DNA of 64,000 nt from Carcharhinus longimanus (GCA_030264375.1 JASCQW010000027.1:98565776-98629775); one strand, 5' to 3'. Counted from the first letter of the stretch, positions 1 to 13,430 are shown. Translations and numbers: made by a program. The notes: generated by a model not told the origin, from the sequence alone.

Positions 1-235
1 GCACTCTCCTCATCCACTCTCTTTCACTTCAATGAAAAACTTAACCAAGTTCATTGAACATGGTTTTCCCTCAATAAATCCAAGTTGGCTTCCCTTTATT
101 ATACAATGCTTGTCCAAGTGGGTCTAAATTTTCTCCTGAATTATTGATCCTAAAAGTGTCACCCTATCCAAGTTAAATGGACTTATCTATGATTGTCAGG
201 TTTCCCCTCCCTCCACAGTTTTTGGGCAATGTAAT
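1..235 (-). mobile_element. decayed CR1 LINE RT fragment
   Basis: Reverse complement resembles the CR1 ORF2 QHGF..G.SCLTNL.EFFE segment (caacttggatttattgagggaaaaccatgttcaatgaacttggttaagtttttcattgaa). Confidence 0.55.
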
Positions 236-360
236 TATGGTTTTAGCATCCCACTTCTGAGTTCCCTGGCCAACCAAAGACCATGTGCTGGATCCATCAA
301 AGGAAGGATTTCTAATTAAAGGGACCACAGCAGAGTCAGAAAGGATGGACAGAACCTGGA

Positions 361-531
361 TTTTAAAGTTATTAGTATCACAAGTAAACTTACATTAATA
401 CTGCAACGAAATTACTATGAAACTCTCCTAGTTGCCACACTTCAACATCTGTTCATGTACACTGAGGGAGAATTTAGCATGGCCAATGCATCTAACCAGC
501 ATGTTTTTCAGACTGTGGGAAGAAACTGCAG
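361..531 (-). mobile_element. V-SINE with tail B, 3' part, runs into gap
   Basis: tacactgagggagaatttagcatggccaatgca and cacaagta..cttacattaa shared with copies at 11378, 39905, 45838, 52735. Confidence 0.85.
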
Positions 532-1030
532 NNNNNNNNNNNNNNNNNNNNNNNNNNNNNNNNNNNNNNNNNNNNNNNNNNNNNNNNNNNNNNNNNNNNN
601 NNNNNNNNNNNNNNNNNNNNNNNNNNNNNNNNNNNNNNNNNNNNNNNNNNNNNNNNNNNNNNNNNNNNNNNNNNNNNNNNNNNNNNNNNNNNNNNNNNNN
701 NNNNNNNNNNNNNNNNNNNNNNNNNNNNNNNNNNNNNNNNNNNNNNNNNNNNNNNNNNNNNNNNNNNNNNNNNNNNNNNNNNNNNNNNNNNNNNNNNNNN
801 NNNNNNNNNNNNNNNNNNNNNNNNNNNNNNNNNNNNNNNNNNNNNNNNNNNNNNNNNNNNNNNNNNNNNNNNNNNNNNNNNNNNNNNNNNNNNNNNNNNN
901 NNNNNNNNNNNNNNNNNNNNNNNNNNNNNNNNNNNNNNNNNNNNNNNNNNNNNNNNNNNNNNNNNNNNNNNNNNNNNNNNNNNNNNNNNNNNNNNNNNNN
1001 NNNNNNNNNNNNNNNNNNNNNNNNNNNNNA

Positions 1031-1101
1031 ACCCGAAAGCTTGTGAGAATATTATCAAATAAATAGGTTGGACTAAAACCTGGTGTTGTCAGACTTTTTA
1101 C
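1031..1101 (+). mobile_element. PLE family B terminal repeat end with the 3' half of a hammerhead
   Basis: cccGAAAGCTTGTGA...gttggactaaaacctggtgttgtcagactttttac matches the 3' terminus of the PLE at 52148-52232. The upstream part is hidden in the gap. Confidence 0.75.
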
Positions 1102-2515
1102 AATGAAGGCTGGCAGCTGCGATGTGAAGCTGAATGTAGAAGAAGTGCAAGAAAGTTGAAGTGACTTCAAAGAGGTCGGCGATCGCCTGTCAAATGTGGA
1201 AAGCTGCTTCGCTGATCGAAGGCTACCCTGCCTGTTAGTTAGTATGGAGAAGCACTCCCTGCTGTGCACTGGCCTGGCTGACCCTGGCCAATTGTTAACA
1301 ACTCTGCGAATAGGTTTACTGGCCGTAAAACTGGAACGCAGGGTGAATGAAACACGCTATTGCTTTTCTATAACTGAATTACCTTCCTGGCTTTTCAAGT
1401 GTGGTCCCATCAGCTTCCAACCTAGCTGGATAAAACCTGGAAAAGAGCGGGATGGCATTGCGATACAGACCCAGCATCAAGTTAAGGGGATTTGTCTGCA
1501 TGTACACGCCCAAACTCACCCCCCATTGCCAGTGAAAATGCCCATTGCTTCTTAACACCTAACAAACTGATTCTGTTTTCGACATCTCAAAGACGTTATA
1601 TCCTCCTTGATCAAAACCGTTGGCCCTCTTTTTTTTAATCCATTCCTTCTCTTTGCTGCATGACTTGTATCCAGGAATGTTAGACATCCACCCCCACTGC
1701 ACCCACTTTTTTGAACAAGATCTGTTATCTACATATTCCCGCGTGGATATTGGGTCTGCAGCTCACCAACCTTAAGAACCACACTTTCTGCATTTGCACA
1801 GATATAGACCGTGGCTAACATGGAACTCTTCATATTTAATACTTTCCCACCAGACATATAGATGGGTCCTCTGGGATGTGTGTCCCAGATAACCTCGCCT
1901 CTTGGAACTTGTTTAATTGGCTTCAAATGTTGGGCAGGAATTTACTAGCGGTTTCTTTTCTCTCAATCCTGGTGTCATTTTTTACTCCTGGGAGATTGCA
2001 AGGCTAATTTGATGGGTTGAGCTGGAGGAAGATCACTGTGTTCAGAAATGACACTGTGATAGTATAGAAGCAGCTGATTTTTACTGTCCTTTGCTTTCAT
2101 GTTGTGCCATATGCTGTGCGAGCTTGTAGAGAATTCAGATATGTTTCATTGCTATTCAACAATTCAAGCAAAGCAATAGATTGTAAGGACGCCAATGACA
2201 AATTACTTTCCCTTCCTTATTTCTTTTTTAAGTTTAGCAAGTTTATTGGAATTTGCATTAATCTGATTGTCATTGCAGACAACACCCAATAACTTTAAAC
2301 TAAAATATGACAAATATTTCAAAAAGCAGTTGAGTATCAAAAAGTAAGGTTAACTCAATTCCATCAATAATAATATCTTGTTCTTGCTTTTCTTTAACTC
2401 CTGTTGAATGTTCCATGGAGTTTTAGTTCTATTATATAGTCTTTCCACTGGCTAGCTGAAATGTTTTTACAATGTAGAAATTACAAATATCATGTTCTTC
2501 TGTTTTAACGAGCAG

Positions 2516-2704
2516 ATTGGAAGTTGTACCAATCAAATGGGACAGATCACAATAGTCACGCTTCATAATTCCAATCCTAAAGTTATTGAGTGTTTCAACG
2601 TTGAGTCTCGCATACTGGCTATGGTGTATGTCCCAGATGATGACAAACCAGAAGAATCTGAGGTCTTTCCTGACTTGGAATCTACAACTACAAAGACCAC
2701 TGAA
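2516..2704 (+). CDS. ARHGEF10: ARHGEF10 internal coding exon A (3' end lost in N gap)
   Basis: After ttttaacgagcag acceptor reads IGSCTNQMGQITIVTLHNSNPKVIECFNVESRILAMVYVPDDDKPEESEVFPDLESTTTKTTE, matching recalled vertebrate ARHGEF10 IGSCTHQMGQIAIVSFQNSTPKVIECFNVESRILCMLYVP. The donor and about 11 codons (expected PTICxGTEEG) fall in the gap 2705-2783. Confidence 0.93.
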
Positions 2705-2842
2705 NNNNNNNNNNNNNNNNNNNNNNNNNNNNNNNNNNNNNNNNNNNNNNNNNNNNNNNNNNNNNNNNNNNNNNNNNNNNNNNCAATATAAAATCAGTCA
2801 AATAAATAACAGTCAGGACATATTGGGCTCCTGCTGGTGTTT

Positions 2843-3011
2843 CATAGAATCTACAGTGCAGGAGAAGGCCATTTGGCCTATCGACTGTGCACTGACTGAC
2901 AATCCCACCCACATCCTGTCCTGGCCCTGTAACCCAACATATTTACTTTCCTAATCATTAAGGGGAAATTTATCAAGGCCAGTCAACCTAACCCACACAG
3001 ATTTGGACTGT
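2843..3011 (-). mobile_element. HE1-like V-SINE with tail A, partial
   Basis: catagaatctacagtgcaggagaaggccatttggcc tail followed by the ggccagtcaacctaacc...tttggactgt V-domain end. Confidence 0.8.
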
Positions 3012-5094
3012 CATTTTCAGTTATGCTCAACAACCAGAATGTAAATGACAAAATGATGAATTCCTTGTGGAAGCCGATTCTTCTATCAATGTCTCTGCAA
3101 TGAATGTCAATATGGTTTCTGCTCTAGAAAGACAAAGTACTCTAGTCATTCAGTAGCCTGTAGGTATTTAAAACCAAAGTTATTAATTAATACTGTCATT
3201 TACCCACACTTTTTCTAATAAAAATATGGCCAAAATGTACCTGTCTACCAGAGATGAGAGGAAAGGAAGGAGTGCCTCACAATGCGTGCTGATTTTTTTT
3301 TTAAATCCTTCAAGGAATGTGGGTACCCCTGGCAAGGCCAGCGATTATTGCACAGCCTTAACTTAACATTAATCTAATTTTAACTAATCAAACACTGTCG
3401 GTTTAAATAAATCATTCCTCAGTAGCACACTGTGTCATTGTGCTAGAGGGCAAGTTGTAATTCTAAAGCTGTTGAGGAACTAATCTCAGCTAAATAATTT
3501 GGAAAACATTCTGCTTCGTGCACCTTCAAATTCAGTAGATTAGTCAGTAGAATTGTCTCTGGGCTACTGTCCCATGTCTTCCAGGAGATACTTCACTGAT
3601 ATATTGGCAGATATCCAGAAGCTTGTTAGCCTCCCAGTGGTTTTGACTATTTGGAAAATCTGGGGGGGTTAGATGATGGAAAAATCCCTGGAATCCCTAC
3701 ATAGCAACAGAATAACCACTTGTGTTGATTTTTTTTTAACAATAGCACATGATCTCCTGTCCTTAAAGAGGTGTAAACACAGATGGTATAATTTTGGGAT
3801 GGATAGTATCTTGTCCCTGCTTTTTATTTGCTGCAGTGCTGGAGTCCTGTAGTCAGACGCCTTTAACCAAGATTAAAATACTCCTGGCCAATGTAACCTG
3901 AGAACTCCAAACTATGACACAAAAGGCTTTTGTACAAACAGTCCTTGAACACTGGAGCCTTGTTTTGACTAGATCCTTCCCAATTCATTTGAAGCTCTTT
4001 GACACAGCTTTGTGTAAATATGTGAGAGCATAGATACCATTTATTGTTAGGGTGATATATTCACACACTCCAGAATGGCTGATTTTCTAATCAAATATTT
4101 TTACTTTCTGTTCCAAATATTTATTTTGTTTAAACCAAACTCATATTTTACAGCATTAAGTTTCCATGTAGCATTTTTTTAAAACCTAAATATTGAATTT
4201 TCATCTTGTGTTGTGAGCTATTGGAAAATAATAAAGACAGAGCTTCATAGATTTAAGACACTTGTAAAGACTGTATGACACTATTACACAGCTTGTACAC
4301 AAATGCTTGCTGTTAAATTTCACCAGAATATAACTTATTCATGTTTTCGCCTATGCACTTTATCCTAAATATGCTTGTCATAATGTGTAATGGAAAGCTG
4401 CAGTCTAATATCAATCCTGCATCTAGTAAGCAATCACACCCCAAATATATCACACTGCAGCAATGAGCTCAAACATGACTCATTAAAAAGCAAAAAATTA
4501 CAATTGAACAGATGTTGAATTTAACAGATAACACACAAACTTTTGAAAAAAAAGTAATAAAAAATAGCTGAGCAGGAAAGCCACCTGTGCTGTGTCATAT
4601 TCTTCTGAATTCGGTATGCTAGTTTGAAGGTAATAGGTATTTACAAGCAGAGGCAGATTCCCATTTGCAACAATGATTAGCTCCTAATTGACTTCAGGAT
4701 TTTACTATTTATAGCATCCAGTTCATGTGGCCTTCACGACACAGGCACTGAAGTACAGTTCCACTTCAGTCACAGACAGCTTTTCTCCAGGTTACTTCAT
4801 GCCTCTGAGGAAAGGACCATCAGGATGCTATCATTCCTTTCAAATCCTGATATAATGCATTTTGTAGTTTGACGGTGCGTTGCTAGCCAGAACCCATTCA
4901 ACTGACCTCTTAATTGTAGCCACTGATCAAAGTGTCATCAAAGATATTGTACAGCAAAATAACTGACCTTTTAATTGGTCAATCGTTCTTCTCTCTTCAC
5001 CCCCATAGCCCAATTCTGCCAACACTAAAATATTTGTAGCTTTTTACTCCAGTAATGTAAATTGAACATCAACTGCAGTATTCCATGTCACATG

Positions 5095-5448
5095 GGGGAG
5101 GTGATGGCTGTGTGGTATCACAAGTCTATTAATCCAGAGGCTCAGCTAATGTTACAGGGACCCAGATTGGAATCCCGCCACAGAAGCTGGTGGAGTTTGA
5201 ATTAAATTTTAAAAAAATCTGGAACTAAGAATCTACTGATGACCATGAAATCATTGTTGAAAAAATCCATCTGGTTCACTAATGTCCTTTAGGGAAGGAA
5301 ATCTGCTGTCCTTACTTGGTCTGGCCAACATGTGACTCCAGAGCCACATCAATGTGGTTGACTCTCAACTGCCCTCGGGCAACGAGGGATAGGCAATAAA
5401 TGCTGACTAGCCAATGAAGCCCACGTCCCACAAATGAGTTAAAAAAAA
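5095..5448 (+). mobile_element. tRNA-derived SINE (second family), near full length
   Basis: tRNA-like head, body ccatctggttcactaatgtcctttagggaaggaaatctg, and 3' tail gggcaac.agggataggcaataaatgctg..tagcc shared with the LINE at 20575-21712. Partial copies near 10640-10740, 37143-37380, 45525-45715, 47240-47430. Confidence 0.8.
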
Positions 5449-6737
5449 CTTTGGTGTTGGGTGCTTTTCTTCCCTTTCAAGGCAAGGCATTTGAAATATG
5501 ACTTTTAAAACATCTTGGCCCATAACCTCCTGGCTCCCCACAGCAGATTTGGAAGGTTCCCCAAAGATGTGCTGCAGAATCCCTCTAGGAAGTTCTCAGA
5601 TAAGATTGTACATGGCAATTGTCCAGAAACACTAACTTCTCACCCAATTTTGCTGCACTGGGAACCATCCAACAAAGTGATTTAAATCGCTAACTTTGGA
5701 TGGTTCTGCCAGTGTTATAGTAACAGTTATTCTGAAAGAGGTTAGAAGAAATAAGAACACTTCCAACTTCAATGTGATTCTTTCAAAGACTCAGACCGGA
5801 CCCCGTATGGGGTGTCTAGGCCAACACATCATGCAGCAGAGCGGTTACACTGTGAATAGAAAGTCAGTCACAGCTACAAACTTCAAGGCCCTTGCCCCCT
5901 CAACCTCTCCCTACTTCTTATGTCAGGCTCAAAGCACTGTATAAATGAAGTCAAAAAAGATATAAAGTCTGCCACCTTTGCCAGTACACTCTGCTGAAAC
6001 ATGCAGCCATGGACTCATAGGAAGGCCTTTACCTCCCCCCCTTGCACCACCTCCTCATACCTGCTGTAAACCACTGCCAAACCTGACGCCTGAGAAATGA
6101 AGTGGACAAATAAAAACAACGTACAATTGGGTCTTTAACCAGCTCAATAGCTTATTAATCAATCATTAGGATGGAGCATAGACTTTAAATTTCTGCATCC
6201 GATCACCTTCTGTAATAATGGAGACAAGTGTGATCACGTTGGATTGCGGTTTGAAAAGTCTCCATTTCTGATGACAACATTCTAGCATTAGAGAACTGGA
6301 AAAAACTGTAAAACTACCTGACATACTTTATGGAGAAAAGTAAAATAATTTCATGAATTCCCTTGTTCTGACAGACACATTCCGATTCTTGGAAGGTCAG
6401 CTGTTAAAAGGAGCATGGCATGTGAATGGAAACCAATGTAGATAGCATGGGGTAATTCTTGACTTTGTATGATAATGTAAAATAGTTGCTGGAACCAGCT
6501 GCCTATTTTAAATTTCTCCATTTTTCATTGCTTTCAGTGCAGATAAAAACAGTTGTGATGGGCTGCTGATTTGTTAGTATCTGTTTTACAACATTGCACA
6601 AAGTCATGAAATAAGTTGCTTTGAATAAAACTGGAATCAAACATTTCATTAGATGCTCATGTTTTTATAGCATGAGATGCAACAGATCATACCACATTTG
6701 TGATAAGCTCATTCTTACTTTGTGTATCCTAATGCAG

Positions 6738-6895
6738 CATTTCAGTGTACAAGAGCAACCAAGCATCAAAAAAAGTGCGATTGCAGCATTTCTTTGCTCC
6801 AGATAAATCCACAGTGATGAGCCTGGGATACAAGTTACGGTGTCTGTATGCTGGTCTTGTTAATGGAAATATTGCCATATATACCAAGGCAGAAG
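6738..6895 (+). CDS. ARHGEF10: ARHGEF10 coding exon B (158 nt)
   Basis: aatgcag|C ... GAAG|gtggg. Encodes (S)ISVYKSNQASKKVRLQHFFAPDKSTVMSLGYKLRCLYAGLVNGNIAIYTKAE(D). KKVRLQHFF..KSTVMSL is ARHGEF10-like rather than ARHGEF10L-like. Ends in phase 1, matching exon C. Confidence 0.95.
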
Positions 6896-7964
6896 GTGGG
6901 TCAGTGTTATCTTTTGTTACGATCCAATCTGTGGATTTATTTGTGACCATTTTATTGCAATCTTTTAGTCTGTAAACATAGACTTCTCTTCCTGTTTCAC
7001 TTCTCCTCGGTAACATGTTTCATTAACATAGAAATGCAGCAGGACACAGTAGATCTTCCCTTTGACCCTCACGTAAATCACCTAGATTTATTTTTAAAAA
7101 ATACTTGGATAATTAAAATATGAATGTGGGTTGAAATGAATAGCCTTTGACTCAGCAGGTATAATCCATGTATATGAATTCTCTGGATTTCTTTGTTATT
7201 AAATGCTTCTATCTATAATGAATCAAATAGTCCCCATAGTTGGTACTCAGAAATAAAATAAACTGTATTCTTCCAAGATTTTACAAATACCTATTCAAAG
7301 CCCCAAAAAGAATGTCATTATCGTTTAATAACAGTTGCTGATAGTTCATGTACTCGAAGTTGAAAGTGTTGAGTATTCACTTGTTTTAAAAGGTGCTGAA
7401 AATATTAGCTAAAGTTAGACTTTATTTGAAGATTTTGCTGAAGAAATACATCAACTTACCAAGAAGTGTTTTTTTTTAATGATTAAAAAGCAATTACAAT
7501 AAAATATTCCAACTTGATTCTGGTAATTTAACCTGATGGGTTACAAACTAGACAAAGTCTCCTTTGCTCTTTCCACCTTATTTTTAATGAAAAATGCAAT
7601 GCTTAGAGTGGTGAGGCCAGTTTTCCCTCCAGTTACATCCTACTTTCCGGAGCAGTAGGAAGAGGAGATCTCGTCATCGCTCCCCTGGCCACTTCCCCCC
7701 AGTAACGAAGCAGATTGTAGAAACCACTTGGATTTTGTTTCAGCCAGCTAGCCACAAAATAACAAACACCTGGAATTTTCACTGCTGCAGGCCATGAGGT
7801 CTACAGTTAAACATAGCTTCCTTCCCCTGCATGGAGTGAGCACTGATTCCCAGGTGGTGGTTCCACCCACTCGACATCTATCAAACAGATGAATCTGCAA
7901 TAAGGACTAAATTCAAATCAAGGCTTGCATAGAACACAACATCCCAAGTACACTTTGTATCATA

Positions 7965-8190
7965 GTATCATTGCATTGTACAGAACAGAAGGCAGCCATT
8001 TGGCCCATTGTTCCTGTGCTGATTCTTTTGAATGATCTACCCAACAAGTCCCAGTCTTCTGCTCTTTTCTCATAGCCCTAACAAATGTTTCCTTTTTAAA
8101 TATTCATTCAGTTCCCTTTTTTTGAAAGTTACTGTAAAATTTGTTCCCAATACCTTCCTAGCACTGCATTCCAAATTACAATAACTAGGG
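7965..8190 (-). mobile_element. CR1 LINE 3' end
   Basis: cagaacagaaggcagccatttggccc tail and gcattccaaattacaataact (minus-strand V..WNAL motif). Confidence 0.65.
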
Positions 8191-9865
8191 TTCATTTCTT
8201 GGCCAGCAATTTGACAGAATCAGAAAAACTTAATGACTTCTAACATTTGAAGAAAGTTGGGTCCACGTTAAACAAGCATTCAGGTATAGTATGCATCCCA
8301 AAATATCTTCTCCATTCTTTGTTATCTCCTGTATTGTCTTTTGCTCAAAGGAGTAGGTGGTTGCTGGGGGAAGGTTTCTAATATTTTACTTTGTAATGGA
8401 TGTCCTCTTGATTCTTTGTACTAGTTTGAAGATTGACAGCTGAAACTTGACCTTTCAGTATTCAGTACTGCCCTTCTATGTCTCCCTCTGCCCCTCCCCA
8501 CTCACAGTGCTAAATGTTCTGCTGCTCAAGGGTGAAACTGCCTAATGATACCAATTAGTCACAAACTATGGCAGTTTTGTGCTAAGACTACTAATTACTG
8601 ATAGCCACACTAAGACTTCCTTAACAAATGTTCCTTGCTGCGTTCATGGTGAGCAAACTTGTGGCCCCTTTAGCAGCAATTGAACCAGTTAATATTTGTT
8701 GAAGGAACTTTCCATTCAGCCAAGTGCCTACACTTTCAGCTCTATTATTACCATTATTTAAGCCTCTGATTCAAAGTCCCAACTTGTTAATGGGCCTGCT
8801 TTGTCACAGTTACTATCTCGGCCAGGTGTTAGCGAATGCTCTGAACAGTTGCCAGAGCGGAGTTACACGACTTGACTAGGTGTTATTTTCTTCCCAGATA
8901 ACTATGTACTTGCTAGTTAGTTATATTAATGTGACGGAAGAACAGGCACGGAACATTCATTTTTTTCTTAATACCAGCATTTAAAATTGAAAATGTTCGT
9001 CTGACACAAAGGTCAGGTGGCAAACTTTCTGTGAACTTTTGAAATTTGGCTTTACGTCAGACTGGAGTTATACCATCTCTGGATGGACTCTTATGTTCCT
9101 TGTCTCAGTGCTGTCAAGAGTTAACCTGATCCCTGACTCTTACTTCCACCTTTACCAATATCTCTTTGTCAGTATAGAAAGATGGTAAAGAGTTGCATCC
9201 TTAGCTGATGTCTTTCTGTATTAGATAGATGCAATCATTTTACTCATTTAAACTACTGATCAGAGGATACCTGGGAGAAGATGGTTTGTGCAGAACTTCC
9301 TCTTTGCAAATCTCAACATCCGTGCTTCCCGTAACTGTTTATTCTACTCGGTGTTCCTCAAAAGGAATTTCTTCACAAACTATCTGTCCCAGATTTTCAT
9401 GGGGCTGTGATTTGAAAGCATTATATCATTTAACTCAGTCTGAGGCACACTGATAGTGTGCAAATTTTTCACCAGAACATAACTATGTTTAGGACTACCA
9501 CACACAAACAGTTCTGAAATCAACCAAGGCAAAATCCAATCCAGCATTTGATAAATAATCTCAATTAAGCCATCACGCCCAAAATAATAGCCAACCACAT
9601 TGTGACACCGCAGCTATTAGTTGTATTAGCGCATTCGATTGTCTACAGAGACCAATTGACGAGGAGAATTGAATAATGCAGACACTGGTTTAAATATACA
9701 TCAGCCACTTTAGTAATTTACTGTTTAAAAGTATTGCAGATTTTAATTTTACAGCCCTGGACTGGGAGTAACCGTTTTTTAGATCTATTACATTTGACTA
9801 TTAATAGCTTCTGTAACTCTGTGGAAGATAGAGTGTGCTGTGTTTTGTGTGTGTGGAAACATTGA

Positions 9866-10560
9866 GGCAATTCTCCCAGAAAATTCTGTTGCGTTCTTGT
9901 AAAAACTGGAATAAATCACACTGTTTTTTTCAGCTGGAGTTTCAAAATGAATCTCCCACACCCTGTGCACTGGCATGAATCACTCTAAAAATTAGTGGAT
10001 GGGGCCTATTCCCGCTGGAGAGGCCAGCATCTTAGCATTGAGCAGGCCACTGCGCATGTGCTAATCTGTTAGCGTTGGGATTGGCACATGCGCAGTGGCC
10101 CCTGCCTGCTGGCCTCCCGATTGCTGGCCAAATATGCCTGGGCCAGCCTTGACCTCCCTGCCCCCAGCCTGCCTCGATGTCCCATCCTATCACCACCACA
10201 CCGCACCACCACCCCCCCCCCCCACCACCTCCACCCCCAATGCCCAGCCTTGACCACTGGCCTCCCTCCCTCCATCCCCAACGCAGGGTCGCAGCGAGAC
10301 CTCCTACCCCTACCGACCGTCCTTCCCATTAGGCCCTCCCCATTGGCACTGCTCGATGCCTGATGGACAGTGCTAAGATGTCCACTGGGAATTGGCAATT
10401 TGCTTCGGCACTCCAGCAGAGCCGGGGATTGGAGTTGACGGTGTCGGAAATCCGGTGGCTCGGAGGCTGTGACATCCAGCGGGGAGCCCACGAAAGGGCC
10501 TCCGCTGGAATCTCCCAGCCCGCTGTGCTACAAAAGGTGTGGGATGGGAGAGTTTCCCCC
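9866..10560. mobile_element. non-autonomous DNA transposon (MITE, Harbinger-like TIRs)
   Basis: Termini gaggcaattctccc ... gggagagtttccccc are imperfect inverted repeats. The internal sequence is homologous to 29953-30890 and 63630-63710. No ORF. Confidence 0.7.
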
Positions 10561-11377
10561 ATTGAGTTGGATGTATTGAAGAGGTTGTGAAAATTATTTT
10601 TCATTTGATGTGGTCATTGCTGTATTTTATTTCAATCACTGAATGGCTTTCTAGGCCACTTGAGAGGGCAGTTAAAATTCAACCACATTACTGTGGATCT
10701 GGAGTCACTCATAAGTCAAACCAGGTAAGGATGGTAAGTTAGGCCCAATGACCTGACTGTAGTGCCAGAAATTTGATGATCTCACACGTCGTAAAGGTCA
10801 ATGAATCCATCTTCAATGTCACATCCAATCAACTAGACTATTTGTTTCAGCCACTGCTAATTCATCATGGGCACNNNNNNNNNNNNNNNNNNNNNNNNNN
10901 NNNNNNNNNNNNNNNNNNNNNNNNNNNNNNNNNNNNNNNNNNNNNNNNNNNNNNNNNNNNNNNNNNNNNNNNNNCCACTGCTAATTCATCATGGGCACGA
11001 TTTTACCACCTTGCCAGTGATCAGAGTTGGAAAAAGAGTGTATCCTGTTAAAAAATCCAATTTATGACTGCCCCATACCACCAGTAATCTCTATCAATCA
11101 GGTTTCTTACCCAGCATTCAAATACTTTATCTCATCCTTGCACACTTAGCATGATTGCATCTCACACCACATTTCACAGGTTGCATGGCAGCACTGAGAT
11201 AGATTGCAAATACTCACTTTCCTCTGTCTTCCAGAAGTTTGTGGTACACAATCATAGGCAGCAGAAGTTAACTGAGAGGATGGGCACACCTGTATGATTT
11301 GAGTACCATGGAGAGGATGATACTGGCCATTATAGAAATAGTCAGTGCTGAGTCCTTGGCCCCACACAGGACAGAAG

Positions 11378-11692
11378 CTTAAAGTTTTATTTTAAGTTTA
11401 TTTATTAGTGTCATAAGTAGGCTTATGTTATCACTGTAATGAAGTTACTGTGAAGATCCCCTAGTCGCCCCACTCCGGCATCTGTTTGGGTACACTGAGG
11501 GAGAATTTAGCATAGCCAAAGCAGCTAATCCGCACACCTTTCAGACTGCGGGAGGAAACCGGAGCACGTTCTCCCCACATAGACATGGAGAGAACGTGTC
11601 GACTCCGCACAGACAGTGATCCAAGCCAGGAATCGAACCCAGGTCCCTGGCGCTGTGAGGCAGCAGTGCTAACCGCTATGCCACCACACCAT
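11378..11692 (-). mobile_element. V-SINE with tail B, full length
   Basis: Minus strand: tRNA head ggtgtggtggcatagcggttagcactgctgcctcacagcgccagggacctgggttcgattcc (A and B boxes), V-domain, tail B ending aataaataaactt. Confidence 0.9.
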
Positions 11693-12226
11693 CCTAAGCT
11701 GTTGAAGATGAGGTTATCCTCTTATCTAATCCAACTTACCCACTTCATAGTTTCTCTGCTATGTAATTCTCTTCTAACTTACAAGTTGCAAGTAGTGTTA
11801 CTATTTTCTGCCCTCTCTTCACCAAATCATCTCTGGCGGCTTGTGCTCGGTTTCTACCACACCCGATAAGTAGTTGTGAAAACGCATATTTCCAAACACC
11901 AAGGTTACTATCTCCCTCTCAGTATTAGAGAAGTTGGGATTTTGAAACAGATGTGATAGATATGACCTTCTGTAAATGCATGCTCCTAAGTCATTTTGGA
12001 ATGCATCCACTTGAGAATGGTCACTTCTCTGCGATCATAGAATTGCAGTACCAATGCTTCTGACAAAGACCTCTTTAGTGCCTCAAAGTGTTGCTGATGG
12101 TCTGTGCTATAGAAAGGACACCTCCTTTTTCAATAATTCCAATAAAGCTGACAGTTTTTGCACAAAATTAGGAAAGTAAAGAGGCAAAAAGTAGAAGATT
12201 TCCTCTATAATGGTTTAAAAGATACT

Positions 12227-12641
12227 GGGCAATTCTCCGGCCCTGTCCAGAACCAGATTAGCATATTTAAATTCCATTTAAGGTACCAGGTTGGTGATTG
12301 CATAGCAGAGTTTCAACTTGGGAGTTGAGGCAGTTGTCACGCTTGCACACATGTGAGGTTGGTGCTCTTAGCCAACAAGTAGGGTGGAGGAGGGTGTGTA
12401 GGTTTGTCTGGAGATTGGGGCACCCTTTAAAAAGGAGCCAGCCTTGCTGGCATCGACAGGTCCCCACTCCAAAACAAATTTCCAAATGTCGGAGAATTCA
12501 GTGAGAATCTCCCCAGGCTCCAAAAAACACTTCTTTGTGCGGTAGAATTGTAAACTGTATTGCACTGACCCCACCAGCGGGATTCTCATTGGAATTCCCA
12601 CTGGGTACACAACTTAAAAGTTTTTGGAAGAATTCTGCCCA
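12227..12641. mobile_element. MITE inserted in Gypsy pol
   Basis: gggcaattctcc ... gaagaattctgccc inverted termini, interrupting the Gypsy RT-RNase H coding remnant. Confidence 0.6.
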
Positions 12642-12968
12642 CTGTATTGATAAGATATTGGCATCACATGGATAACCTCTAGTTTGCTTAGACAGGACGG
12701 ATACTAGCACTCAAAGAAATGGACCCACAAAATTAATTTGCTGTACATTGATGTTACATTTGTGACTCTTAACCACCAGCCCTCCTTTATGTGCTACTTG
12801 CATTAACAGATGTAAATTCCGACCATGTTCCTGATTTGTCTGACCAACAATGGCAAAATCATCTGCAATTCATTTGCATCCTGGTATTTTGTAGATAATG
12901 TGATCCATATGCACTTGAAAGAGATCCTGGTAACAGATGGCCCAAAAGGAAGTCATTAGAAGCGCTAA

Positions 12969-13149
12969 AATGAAGGTAAATTACTGTGGATGCTGGAATC
13001 TGAAACAAAACAGAAAGTGCTGGAGAAACTCAGCAGGTCTGACAGCATCTGTGTAGAAAGGATAGAGTCAATGTATCGAGACTGGATAACTCTTCGTAAG
13101 CTCTATTCTCTATCCCAGAGTTTCTCCAGCATTTTCTGTTTCTGTTTCA
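12969..13149. mobile_element. PLE family A palindromic non-autonomous insertion
   Basis: Arms tgaaacaaaacagaaagtgctggagaaact / agtttctccagcattttctgtttctgtttca. Decayed minus-strand hammerhead. Candidate TSD tcattagaagcgctaa (12953-12968) / tcatttgaagcactaa (13147-13162). Confidence 0.8.
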
Positions 13150-13167
13150 TTTGAAGCACTAATGTGT

Positions 13168-13430
13168 GAACATATGAGTTAGGAATAGACTACTTAGTCC
13201 TTATAGCCTGCTCCACCATTCAGTAAGATCATGGCTGATAGGACTTCAAACTTCCACCCACCCCTGATAATCTCTCAACCTCTGGTTTATCAAGAATCTG
13301 TTTACCTCTTCTTGAAAATTTTCAAGGATTCTGCCTTCATTACCTTCTGAGGAAGTGAGATTCAGTGACCTCTGAGAGGAATATTTCCTTCTCGTCTCTG
13401 TCTCAAATGGGCGACCCCTCATTTTATATA
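13168..13430 (-). mobile_element. CR1 LINE 3' end
   Basis: gaacatatgagttaggaatagactacttagtcc...ccattcagtaagatcatggctgat tail; ORF 13246-13434 reads KMRGRPFETETRRKYSSQR. Confidence 0.8.

Noticed and set aside
432-1269. Long ORFs spanning N runs (also at 28.5-29.5, 33-33.9 and 34.2-34.9 kb)
   Set aside because: Their length comes from Ns translated as X; not genes.
10851-10998. Direct repeat ccactgctaattcatcatgggcac on both sides of a 100-N gap
   Set aside because: Typical overlapping contig ends around a placeholder gap; assembly artefact rather than a TSD.
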